Below the pieces are notes generated by a model. It was not told the origin of the DNA and did not search any database. It saw only the letters and a list, made by a program, of their open reading frames with translations. Shown here in pieces: positions 1 through 8,232 of a DNA stretch of 64,000 nucleotides (position 1 is its first letter; the number at the start of each line of letters is the position of its first letter). The DNA comes from an uncultured cyanobacterium (GTDB lineage Bacteria; Cyanobacteriota; Cyanobacteriia; CAKZMO01). The translations under genes and the position numbers were made by a program. The stretch is taken from NCBI GenBank assembly GCA_963719515.1, contig CAVRCJ010000001.1, positions 256,001-320,000 of the forward strand, given 5' to 3'.

Positions 1-165
1 CATATCTGACGGATAACACCCTACTTTCCGTGATTATTCACCGCATCTGACGTCTAACTCCGGGAATCTAGGGTGTTATCCGTCGCTCTTGTCTGATAAC
101 CATGGGTTCTAGGGTATTATCCGTCACTTTTGTCAGATAACACCCCATTTAGCGGTGTTATCCCG
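1..165. promoter_or_regulatory. Array of alternating GGATAAC / GTTATCC motifs upstream of intI remnant (unit 1)
   Basis: About 7 motifs (e.g. 11-20, 71-81, 112-122, 136-145, 154-163). Aligns along its length with 21641-21805. Confidence 0.7.
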
Positions 166-174
166 TGATTAGCC

Positions 175-307
175 ATGTCGTCATCCCAGCCTCCTCGCCT
201 GCTCGACCAAGTAAAGCAGGTGCTTCGTACAAAGCAATTGCAGCCTCACAACTGAGGAGTCCTACATCCACTACATCCACGAATTCATCCTATTGCACGG
301 CGATCGC
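175..307 (+). pseudogene. intI: Integron integrase 5' remnant (N-terminal region only), frameshifted
   Basis: MSSSQPPRLLDQVKQVLRTK, then after removing one base HCSLTTEESYIHYIHEFILLH. This matches the IntI N-terminal pattern PRLLDQVR...HYS..TE..Y..WI..FILFH. It ends at a HIP1 site; no catalytic domain. Confidence 0.8.
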
Positions 308-315
308 CCCACAGC

Positions 316-525
316 AGAACTCCAGAACAAGCCAGCAGAACTGCCGAGTCGGTCTACAGAACTCCCAAGCAGCTCAACAGAACTCCCGAGCAGCATTTTA
401 GAACTCCTGAGCAGGTCAGCAGAACTAGCGAGCAGCACTACTCAACTCATTAGCAGCTCAACAGAACTCCAAAGCAACAATTTAGAACTGCTAAGCAGGT
501 CAACAGCACTCCTGAGCCGCGATCG
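316..525 (+). repeat. Degenerate 21-bp tandem array, 10 units, bounded by HIP1 sites
   Basis: Period-21 units starting AGAACT/AGCACT/TCAACT; one frame reads as heptads such as ELPSSST. Confidence 0.85.
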
Positions 526-574
526 CCCCCCCAAAGCGATCGCCCTCCCAAAGCAGAAAACCATCCCCACCCTC

Positions 575-604
575 TTGCCAAGCCGCGCACAAATGTCCTA
601 CCTT
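575..604 (+). promoter_or_regulatory. Sigma70-like promoter of module copy 1
   Basis: TTGCCA-N18-TACCTT; both hexamers and the spacing are identical in all three copies. Confidence 0.6.
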
Positions 605-605
605 A

Positions 606-826
606 TGGAGCTATGAGCCACAACCCATGGTTCTAGTCTCCCAAAGATTCGGTCTGGGCGGAGCCGCATGTTGTATGCGCAACATGCAGCCCCTAAGCCC
701 CCACGACAGACACTGGCTGTCGGGAACGGCCTGGAGTAATGATATTACCCGGCCATCCCAAAACCAAAAACGTCGCGGATGTCCGGTCGGCGGGGGGCTC
801 CAATTAACTCAAAAACGGAGTCCCTC
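606..826 (+). ncRNA. Putative structured leader RNA, copy 1
   Basis: Stems conserved and loops variable across three copies. Compensatory pairs present; a hairpin covers the SD. Confidence 0.7.
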
Positions 827-1174
827 ATGACAACTCAATATCATTCGCTGCCTCCCAAGGCGGCACAGTTCGCAGCGCCCCAAAACCCCGCTGCGGAACC
901 CGCAGCGCTGCGGTTAGACTCCCCCATGGAAGCCGAACCCGCTATCTCCACGCTGATTGAACCCTCCCCAGCGCCGGGCTGCGAGCATTTGCGCCACATC
1001 ATCATCGGCTCCCCCGAAGGCGTGCGCCAAGCCATCAACCGGCTGCACGTGCTGCAGTACGTCGAGTGGCGGCTGTGGACCCCGCTGATTGCCATCGGCG
1101 AAAAAGGCGTCCACATCACCCCCACCCAAGGCCAAGTGCTCAGCTACCTCATCCAGCAGCGGCCTATTCAATAG
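827..1174 (+). CDS. Hypothetical 115-aa protein, copy 1
   Basis: GGAG SD before ATG 827; core HLRHIIIGSPEGVRQAINRLHVLQYVEW is conserved in three copies. Confidence 0.8.
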   Translation: MTTQYHSLPPKAAQFAAPQNPAAEPAALRLDSPMEAEPAISTLIEPSPAPGCEHLRHIIIGSPEGVRQAINRLHVLQYVEWRLWTPLIAIGEKGVHITPTQGQVLSYLIQQRPIQ

Positions 1175-1198
1175 CTAGCCCCAGTACTTCACAAAATA

Positions 1199-1266
1199 CT
1201 CTGACTGCGATTTAGGGAGGGGAGGAAAGGGGGTAGAGTCAGGCTACCTAAAATCGAACTTTAGCC
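1199..1266 (-). other. Possible degenerate attC site
   Basis: Minus strand GGCTAAA-GTTCG-ATTTTAGG...CCTAAAT-CGCA-GTCAGAG, 5 bp after the PIN stop. GGCTAAA nearly complements GTTAGCC at 2600-2606. Confidence 0.4.
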
Positions 1267-1271
1267 ATGTC

Positions 1272-1688
1272 TCAATCCCCTTCTTCAGTTAGAAATTCTT
1301 CAGGAGAAAGTGCGGAAACCAGGGACTTTGTAAAATCTGAACCATTTCGGGTGATGATCGCCGCTGCCCCGCTTGCTGTAGCGGCTGCGCTAGTGACCGC
1401 GTCCTCAAAGTCCACCATGGTACTTTTAAGGGCCGTATGAATTACCGATTCTGTGATGCTAGCCACTTCAAGAATTTGCGCGATCGCCGAGAGAAGCCGG
1501 ATAGCCTCTTCCCTGCCGACTTTACGGCGCAGGATATAGAACATATTCGTGACTGCATGGCCAGCAACCATTCCCTCGTTACCGGGTACAGTTGCCCAGG
1601 TCAAAGCCTTCGCAGATTCAACCACGAAAGGTTGACGTTCCATCAACACATCCAGCAGAACATCACTATCAAAAAGAACTCGCTTCAA
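1272..1688 (-). CDS. PIN-domain toxin (VapC-like)
   Basis: VLFDSDVLLD, DFEDA and IITRN..DF PIN motifs. Confidence 0.85.
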   Translation of the reverse strand: MKRVLFDSDVLLDVLMERQPFVVESAKALTWATVPGNEGMVAGHAVTNMFYILRRKVGREEAIRLLSAIAQILEVASITESVIHTALKSTMVDFEDAVTSAAATASGAAAIITRNGSDFTKSLVSALSPEEFLTEEGD

Positions 1689-1930
1689 CCGTATTTCTTC
1701 TCTAGATAATCAATGTATGATGCTTGAGAATCTTGATCATCAAGTGGAACAGCGCCAACTAGACTCTGTACTAAGGGATGTAGCTCAGCCTTCCACGATG
1801 AATCAGGCTCAGGAACTTCTCGCGAAATGGAGTGGGGTTTCCTGAGCGACTCAAGCAAGCGAATCGCTACCTGCAAGCGCTCTTCTTGAGATAGCTGGCT
1901 TGCCGCTGCTAAGACTTCCTGGGCCGTCAT
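1685..1930 (-). CDS. Putative antitoxin partner of the PIN toxin
   Basis: Small ORF overlapping the PIN start; C-terminal YIDYLEKKY; GGAGG SD before ATG 1930. Confidence 0.65.
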   Translation of the reverse strand: MTAQEVLAAASQLSQEERLQVAIRLLESLRKPHSISREVPEPDSSWKAELHPLVQSLVGAVPLDDQDSQASYIDYLEKKYG

Positions 1931-2595
1931 ATTTTCCTCCAAGAACGATTGGCGGCTAGCTCTCGTACGGTTATTGGCGAGTAGGTCTTAATCGGCGTGA
2001 AGAGTTCGTGTTTACCAAGCTGTGCAAAGAGCGGGCCATCTGCGCTGAAGGATGATGACTTTGTAAGGGTATCGAGGCGGAAGTCGCGCCGCTGAAATTT
2101 GCCCTTACCCAAGTAGCCCCACTCGGCAAAGGTAATTGGCTGACCAGAATGCGTGCGCATTGTCAGCGCGTCACCATGTACGAGGTTTTGCGATAGCACA
2201 TAGGACGTAGCCCAATAGAGATCGTCCTCGTCATTTAGACTCAGGTACTCGGCAAAGATCGATACCATATTGGCGCGGCACTCAGCGATATTGTCCGCCA
2301 GTAGCTCAATTCCATAGGTACACATCAGCGCGAGCAGCGCGTAGTGCCGTCGCTCAAAGTCAGACTTACCATACTTGAGCTCTACAGCGGCGAGCTTGCG
2401 CTGAACCACCTGCACCAGAAAGTTGCCGCTGCCGCACGCCGGCTCTAGAAAGCGAGAGTCAATGCGCTCTGTCTCGTCTTTTACTAGGTCCAGCATTGCT
2501 TCCACCATCCACGGTGGCGTAAACACCTCTCCGTGGTCGGCAACACGCTGCTTGGACTTGACGTAGTTCATAGGCTGACGCTCTGCTGTAGTCAT
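1927..2595 (-). CDS. N6-adenine DNA methyltransferase-like subunit (SAM-binding part)
   Basis: GEVFTP and FLEPACGSGNFL motifs; no NPPY-type catalytic motif. Confidence 0.8.
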   Translation of the reverse strand: MTTAERQPMNYVKSKQRVADHGEVFTPPWMVEAMLDLVKDETERIDSRFLEPACGSGNFLVQVVQRKLAAVELKYGKSDFERRHYALLALMCTYGIELLADNIAECRANMVSIFAEYLSLNDEDDLYWATSYVLSQNLVHGDALTMRTHSGQPITFAEWGYLGKGKFQRRDFRLDTLTKSSSFSADGPLFAQLGKHELFTPIKTYSPITVRELAANRSWRKI

Positions 2596-2599
2596 TGTG

Positions 2600-2668
2600 G
2601 GCTAACTATATAACCAACACCTATTCAATAACACTCTACTTTCCCAAATCTTATCAAGCAATTCTGCT
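2600..2668 (-). other. attI-like site (unit 2) with partial GATAAC region
   Basis: Minus GTTGGTT-ATATA-GTTAGCC, then ATG 4 nt later. Homologous to 21578-21650. Confidence 0.7.
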
Positions 2669-2749
2669 AAGTAGTACTATTATATCTTTTGCGATCGCCC
2701 CCCAAAAGCGATCGCCCCACACCACACCACAAAAAACCGCCCCACCCTC

Positions 2750-2779
2750 TTGCCAACCCGCGCACAAATGTCCTACCTT
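2750..2779 (+). promoter_or_regulatory. Promoter of module copy 2
   Basis: TTGCCA-N18-TACCTT. Confidence 0.6.
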
Positions 2780-2780
2780 A

Positions 2781-3002
2781 TGGAGCTATGAGCCACAACC
2801 CACGGTTCTAGTCTCCCAAAGATTCGGTCTGGGCGGAGCCGCATGTTGTTGATCCCAACATGCAGCCCCTAAGCCCCCACGATAGGAGTTGGCTATCGGG
2901 AACGGCCTGGAGTAATGATATTACCCGGCCATCCCAAAACCAAAAACGTCGCGGATGTCCGGTCGGCGGGGGACTCCAATTAACTCAAAAACGGAGTCCC
3001 TC
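2781..3002 (+). ncRNA. Putative structured leader RNA, copy 2
   Basis: Same stems as copy 1, with CGATAG/CTATCG replacing CGACAG/CTGTCG. Confidence 0.7.
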
Positions 3003-3350
3003 ATGACAACTCAATATCATTCGCTGCCCCCCGAGGCGGCACAGTTCGCAGCGCCCCAAAACCCCGCCGCGAACCCATCCACGCTGCGGCTAGACTCCCC
3101 CATGGAAGCCGAGCCCGCTATCCCCACCCTCATCGAGCCCTCCCCAGCGCCGGGGTGTGAGCACCTACGGCACATCATCATCGGCTCCCCCGAAGGCGTG
3201 CGCCAAGCCATCAACCGGCTGCACGTGCTGCAGTACGTCGAATGGCGGCTGTGGACCCCGCTAATTGCCATCGGCGAAAAAGGCGTCCACATCACCCCCA
3301 CCCACGGCCAAGTGCTCAGCTACCTCATCCAGCAGCGGCCCATCCGATAG
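3003..3350 (+). CDS. Hypothetical 115-aa protein, copy 2
   Basis: Near-identical to 827-1174. Confidence 0.8.
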   Translation: MTTQYHSLPPEAAQFAAPQNPAANPSTLRLDSPMEAEPAIPTLIEPSPAPGCEHLRHIIIGSPEGVRQAINRLHVLQYVEWRLWTPLIAIGEKGVHITPTHGQVLSYLIQQRPIR

Positions 3351-3434
3351 CCGTCGGAACGACCCGCGATCGCCCCCAGAGCCGCCCACCTGGCCTCTAG
3401 GCGGCGATCGCCACCCCATCTCCTGCTCTGATAT

Positions 3435-4802
3435 CTATAGGGTTGCCAATATCTGCCGCGCCTGTTCAGGGCTAGGGAGCCTGTAGCTGCTCAAAGACTT
3501 CTCTTTTTCCCACAGCCACTTTTCTCCCGCCGTCAGCACGACCTTAGCTGCAATCTGCCAATCGCTAGGTATCTCCAAGCGATTGCCCTGCTCCCAAAGC
3601 GCCCGAAACGTTGTCAACCCATTCATATCCATAATCAGCTTCAGCGCAGCGGCCCCTACCGCACCAAAGTTGTGTGTATCGAAGCCATAGAACAACCCAT
3701 CATAGTGAAGAAAGACCGCATCTTTACCCGCCCCCTGAGGCCGTCTGGCATGAACGCCCCGTTGGACGGTCAGTGGATCAGTTCCCCACAGTTTTGGCTG
3801 AGACAGATCCCACTCTGAGCGATCGCTCATCGCCGAGTAATGAATGTAGGCCGGGCCATCGGGCCAGCCCCGCACCGCATTCCCGATTGTCAGCACGGTC
3901 AGGTGCTCGCGCAAAAAGCCCTCTACCTCTGCAAGGCTCTCCCCACGCTGATTCACAGATATCTGAATATATTGCTTCAGGGCCTGGCAAAGTTCTGTAG
4001 ACGACCGACTGTAGGCTAGCCAGACTAGCGGCTGACGGGCAGACTTGCTTGCCTCCAGCAGCTGAATCGCATGCTCTCCAAAGATTGTGCGGACACGGCC
4101 ATACATCGATAAGATCGTTTCAATGCGATCGCGCTGCCGGCGATCAAACACCGCCGTGTCTTCCCGCAGCTCTGGCATGATGCCAGCCCCTTCTAGCTCC
4201 GGTCGTTTCACCTCTACAAACACCCGGGTCTCTGCCTGCAGCGGCACTACAGCTTCTCCCTGGTCCATGTCACTTCCCAAATGCATATGAGCCATCTGGA
4301 TGCCTAAAATGGGCTGATACTGCTCTTCTAGTCTCTGCAGGGCCGTCTGTTCTCCTTCCCAACCCGCTTTAACGCTATGCAGCGTATTTAGCCCTGGCGT
4401 GAAAATGACCTGCTCCCCATTGTCCTGGGTTCCAAAATTCAAGTGGTTTCTAATAAACTGCAGCGGCTGAGGCTGAGCCATCACCCGCTCAAAGAAGACT
4501 GCTGCCCCGTTCTGGTCAGGAATCGAAAAGTGCCCGCAGTACCCCTCGTCGTAGCTAGCCGTAAAAGCCATTTCCCGCAGCTCTGGCTTCTCCATATCAG
4601 CCTGCCTGACTTGAATATCCGCAGGCAGGTCCGCACCAAACAGCTTTTCTAGATTACTGAGCGTTGGTTTAAGCGCAAACAGCTGGTCTTTGGAAAGGCC
4701 CAGGTTGAGCAGAGCCGTTATCTCCTCAACCTCTGTATTGCGATCTTCCGCTGGCCGAGGCGTTGCTTGATGACGAAATTCTTTATTCATGGGCGTTTGC
4801 AA
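3435..4802 (-). CDS. Hypothetical protein, 455 aa
   Basis: Long ORF; no family recognised. Confidence 0.65.
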   Translation of the reverse strand: MQTPMNKEFRHQATPRPAEDRNTEVEEITALLNLGLSKDQLFALKPTLSNLEKLFGADLPADIQVRQADMEKPELREMAFTASYDEGYCGHFSIPDQNGAAVFFERVMAQPQPLQFIRNHLNFGTQDNGEQVIFTPGLNTLHSVKAGWEGEQTALQRLEEQYQPILGIQMAHMHLGSDMDQGEAVVPLQAETRVFVEVKRPELEGAGIMPELREDTAVFDRRQRDRIETILSMYGRVRTIFGEHAIQLLEASKSARQPLVWLAYSRSSTELCQALKQYIQISVNQRGESLAEVEGFLREHLTVLTIGNAVRGWPDGPAYIHYSAMSDRSEWDLSQPKLWGTDPLTVQRGVHARRPQGAGKDAVFLHYDGLFYGFDTHNFGAVGAAALKLIMDMNGLTTFRALWEQGNRLEIPSDWQIAAKVVLTAGEKWLWEKEKSLSSYRLPSPEQARQILATL

Positions 4803-5155
4803 GCACCGGACGTTGGGTGATATCTAGCGCTCACTACTATACTCCACAGTCCGGGTGAATTTTGCTTGTCAGGTGGCAGGGCTAGGCGATGGCAGCGGGC
4901 AGACTTCCATCGCCTGAACCACTCTCTGCTCAAGGGCAATTGGCTGGCTCTAGCGCTCAGGGCAGAAATTCAGACGGGCTGTCTGTCTGGCCGACTGCAT
5001 GGCGGGACAAAAAATACGGAAGTAACCCTGTCGCTCACGCCCTTTCGAGCAGCCAGCTAGCCATTTTTTCCATCACTCTGCTAGTGACCTCTTCTCTGTC
5101 CTGCAACAGTTGATGGCCTGTCGTGTCCTCGACCCAGAAGCCTTCCGTTAGGGGG

Positions 5156-6001
5156 GGGAGCATGTCAGGTTTGCAAGCAGGACGGAGAGGATAGAGGCAC
5201 TTAGCCCAAGGTGCCAGACGATGACTCCCGAGGCTGCTTGCGCTTGAGCGCCAACGTCTCCTACGCCCAAGCAGCAGATGACGTGGAATACCTCATAGGG
5301 GTTCGAGTTGCTGCTAAGACTCAGCAGCGCATCGTGCAACGCCAGGCGTTTTGCCCTCCTGCAAGGCAGCAGCTTAAAGAAGTTAGCGTCGACGGCGGGA
5401 AAGTGCGGCTGAGAATAGCGCTAGGAGAGCCTTGCAGATGGAAAGACTACAAAGCAGTTGACACTGATGAGGGTGTTGTCGTGGCCAGCTACCGGGACAA
5501 CGCTACCCTGACGCAGTGGGTCAGCAACCGCTCTCAGCGCCTTTGACGGCTCTAGGCAACGGGCATGACGGGGTATGAAATATCGTCAGCCAGATGAGCA
5601 CCTCAGACCAAAGGCGTGAGATTCTCGACTGGTATCACCTGGTGGAAAACCTGCACAAGGTGGGCGGCTCTGTCAGACGGCTCAACCGAGCCGAGGCCCT
5701 GCTATGGCAAGGAAAGGTAGATGAGGCTATAGCACTATTCGTTGGCCTTAAGCGCCGGGAGGCAAAGAACTTCTACAACTACTTGTGCAAGCATCGCCAC
5801 CGCATCATCAACTATCACTACTACCAGCAAGAGCAGATTTGCTCTATTGGTTCTGGGGCTGTTGAGTCAGCTATCAAGCAGGTAGGCCGCAGAGTCAAGA
5901 TCTCAGGAGCGCAATGGAACGAAGAGAACGTCCCTCAGGCGCTGGCGCATAGGCGCGCTTATCTCAACGGCCTGATTGGTTTACAAAGGTGACATGCTCC
6001 C
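5156..6001 (+). mobile_element. Defective ISKra4-like insertion sequence
   Basis: TIR GGGAGCATGTCA / TGACATGCTCCC. Fragmented transposase (VSVDGGKVRLR; REILDWYHLVENLHK; IGSGAVESAIKQ) with frameshift and 5' deletion. Confidence 0.8.
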
Positions 6002-6006
6002 AACAA

Positions 6007-6411
6007 TCAACCTGTCACTAAGCCAAATACAAAGCTGCCAAGGGCCAAGAAAAATCCAATCCCCCAAGCAAAACTTCGAAAAGGCGTTATCCCAGCCGCA
6101 TAGAGCAAAAGATGAAGCAGTCGGGTGATAAAGAAAACGACTGCAGCGGCCTGCGTCCATACGTTTGAAACACCTGCCACCGCGGCAATCAGAATCAGCG
6201 GAGCAAACAAAGACAGACCTTCAACATGATTCCGAACGGTTCGAGTCAGGCGACCATGTAAAGGTGTCGCTCCCTTAAAGTTGTGATCCTGCTCCCGGTT
6301 AGATAAAGCATACTTGGCGCCCACTGCTTTATCGAGAGCAATCTGTTGAGCAAAAATGGTCAGCCATAAAGTTGCAGCAGCACCAAGCAGGGCCCAAAGT
6401 TCAATAGTCAT
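6007..6411 (-). CDS. MAPEG-family membrane protein
   Basis: R..RNHVE.L..F and FFITRLLH motifs; hydrophobic helices. Confidence 0.8.
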   Translation of the reverse strand: MTIELWALLGAAATLWLTIFAQQIALDKAVGAKYALSNREQDHNFKGATPLHGRLTRTVRNHVEGLSLFAPLILIAAVAGVSNVWTQAAAVVFFITRLLHLLLYAAGITPFRSFAWGIGFFLALGSFVFGLVTG

Positions 6412-6550
6412 GATTTTTCCTTGAAAACGGCAGCTAGTTGTGTTGCGGAACTAGAGTTTTGATACCTTGAGACATTTCGCGGAGATACCAAAAGGATAGG
6501 GATACTTTGGAGAAGAAATACTATTCCTTTGGTTATTCAAATACGTGACT

Positions 6551-6748
6551 CTAGCCGAATATCTGACCACCCACGGCATAGCCCCCTTCAGCCGTTTCCT
6601 GAATATGAACATTGATAAACTGCTTGATATCTCCCTTACCAGACTCCTTCGCCACAGTATTCAATGCTTCAGTAAAAAGCTCAACAATTTTGGCTTTTTC
6701 TGCTTTGTTCCAAGCTTTTTGAGGAACAGTCAATCTGATCGTAGGCAT
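6551..6748 (-). CDS. 4-oxalocrotonate tautomerase-family protein
   Basis: N-terminal Pro after Met; ~65 aa; VHIQE....YAVGG. Confidence 0.75.
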   Translation of the reverse strand: MPTIRLTVPQKAWNKAEKAKIVELFTEALNTVAKESGKGDIKQFINVHIQETAEGGYAVGGQIFG

Positions 6749-6871
6749 GATTCGATTTCCTTAAGATGATTTGATGACATTGGGCAACAAGCTCTGTGAT
6801 AGATGGCCATAGCCATTAATCAACAGTTGTTGCAACAGAAGCTGTACAAGCTTCAGATGTGATTCAGCAGT

Positions 6872-7351
6872 TTAGGAAGCGATCGCTTCGACTGGAAACT
6901 GAACTTCCACCACCATTTCTCCCTTATGGCCAGGCTCCGGTGGCACAATAAAGACCTCTCGACCTGGTCCAGTTAGTCTGTATTGATGGTTTTCTGCCCA
7001 GGTACCAATGGCGCTGTAAGAGAGATGGCCATTTTCAGGGCCCCCAAATCGCATAGCCGTCACCGCCGTGGAAACGGCAGGTAATTCTCGGACCTTCATC
7101 ACGGCATCTTGGGAGATGGTAACGGTGAGATCGAGACTTTGATTGAGCGAGAAACCAAACTCCAAGTCCTAGTTAGACTCTTCATACAGCTCTCCATGGA
7201 TCACCGCCGCAAAACGCCCCAATGCTTTAGCTTCAACCTGCTCGGCCACCGCCTGTCTCATTTGGGAGATGGCAGCGAGGGCTTCAGTCAAGTCGCTGCA
7301 GGTGCGCCGCAGTGAGAGAAATGGTTGGGCAGGCAGGCTTTTCAAGACCAC
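6872..7351 (-). pseudogene. GyrI-like effector-binding domain remnant of a MerR-type regulator
   Basis: Two in-frame ORFs split by TAG at 7169; Y.L.GP.REVF...EVQFPV; 5' end missing. Confidence 0.6.
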
Positions 7352-7610
7352 ATCGTCATCTTGAAATCGATATTACGGCTCGGACTCGGTTCAGCAATTA
7401 CGAGCGGTTGGGGGTGCCGGAACTTTGGCGCTTTGACGGCACTGGCTTGGAAATCTATGTGCTGCAGGAGGGGCGCTACACTCGCTCAGGCGAGAGCGCT
7501 CAGTTCCCTGGCTTTGCCCTGCCGCAGGTGATTCCAGAGTCTGTAGCGCAGAGTAAGACGTAGGGTAGGATGGCGACGATAAAGGCGTTTCGGCAGTGGG
7601 TAAATGCGAA
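7350..7610 (+). pseudogene. Uma2-family endonuclease C-terminal fragment
   Basis: LEIDIT...YERLGVPELWRFDG; no N-terminus; internal stop. Confidence 0.7.
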
Positions 7611-7777
7611 GTGCTGACTGCCAGTTTAAAGGGGCACGGCGTGAGCGATGGTGTGCGGCTGGGGGCGAGGGACGAAGTCGTTCAGTAGTTATGGCCCTAA
7701 CACAAAAAATCTGAAGAAATCTGGGAATGGACTGGATTGAGGGTGTAGCTTTAGAGATATCGTACCCTCGTCCTCTT

Positions 7778-8197
7778 ATGTCAACCAACGACACGCCTCA
7801 GTCGAATCGCTCTGTTCAGGTTGGCGGCAGCGTCACCGGCAGCGCCATCACGACCGGAGACAACAACACAGTCTCAGTTCAGTTTCAGCCCGCCTCGCTG
7901 CCTCAACCAGAGACGGTTAATATTCAGGCAGAACTCAAGGCATTGCAGGCCATTCTAGTCAGCCTAGATGACCCGATTGCCACTGGCGTGGCTCAGAAGC
8001 TGGAAGTGGAGGCGAGCAAGCCCAAGCCGGACAAAAGCGTTGTGGAGACGACGCTAGAAACTGGGTTGACCTATGCCAAGAACCTATCGGGGTTTGCCGA
8101 GGCGATGTCTAAGCTGCAGCCCCACGTTGAGGCAACGGCGAGCTGGCTAGGAAAGCATGGCTATAAGCTGCTGCCTTTAGTTGGCCTGGCCCTTTAG
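7778..8197 (+). CDS. Small protein with N-terminal G/S/N-rich amyloid-like motif and helical C-terminal domain
   Basis: SVQVGGSVTGSAITTGDNNTV resembles the N-terminus of the downstream STAND protein. Confidence 0.75.
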   Translation: MSTNDTPQSNRSVQVGGSVTGSAITTGDNNTVSVQFQPASLPQPETVNIQAELKALQAILVSLDDPIATGVAQKLEVEASKPKPDKSVVETTLETGLTYAKNLSGFAEAMSKLQPHVEATASWLGKHGYKLLPLVGLAL

Positions 8198-8232
8198 CAG
8201 CTTGAGGTGATCCGTATTAACCGAAAATTTCC

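Noticed and set aside
316..525. 21-bp arrays as CRISPR
   Set aside because: The units are contiguous and degenerate, with no constant repeat plus unique spacer, and there are no cas genes.
690..740. Cobalamin riboswitch in the leader (GCCCCC...CACTG...GGGAA)
   Set aside because: CACTG lies in a loop that differs between copies, and the B12 box and other core elements are missing.
627..830. ORFs across the leader (627-830, 779 start, 22327, 22355) and antisense ORFs such as 841-1125
   Set aside because: Leader frames are not conserved between copies and only ATG 827/3003/22469 has an SD; the antisense ORFs are shadows.
606..1174. Retron msr-msd or group II intron remnant
   Set aside because: No reverse transcriptase in the window, and no enclosing inverted repeat or intron domain V recognised.
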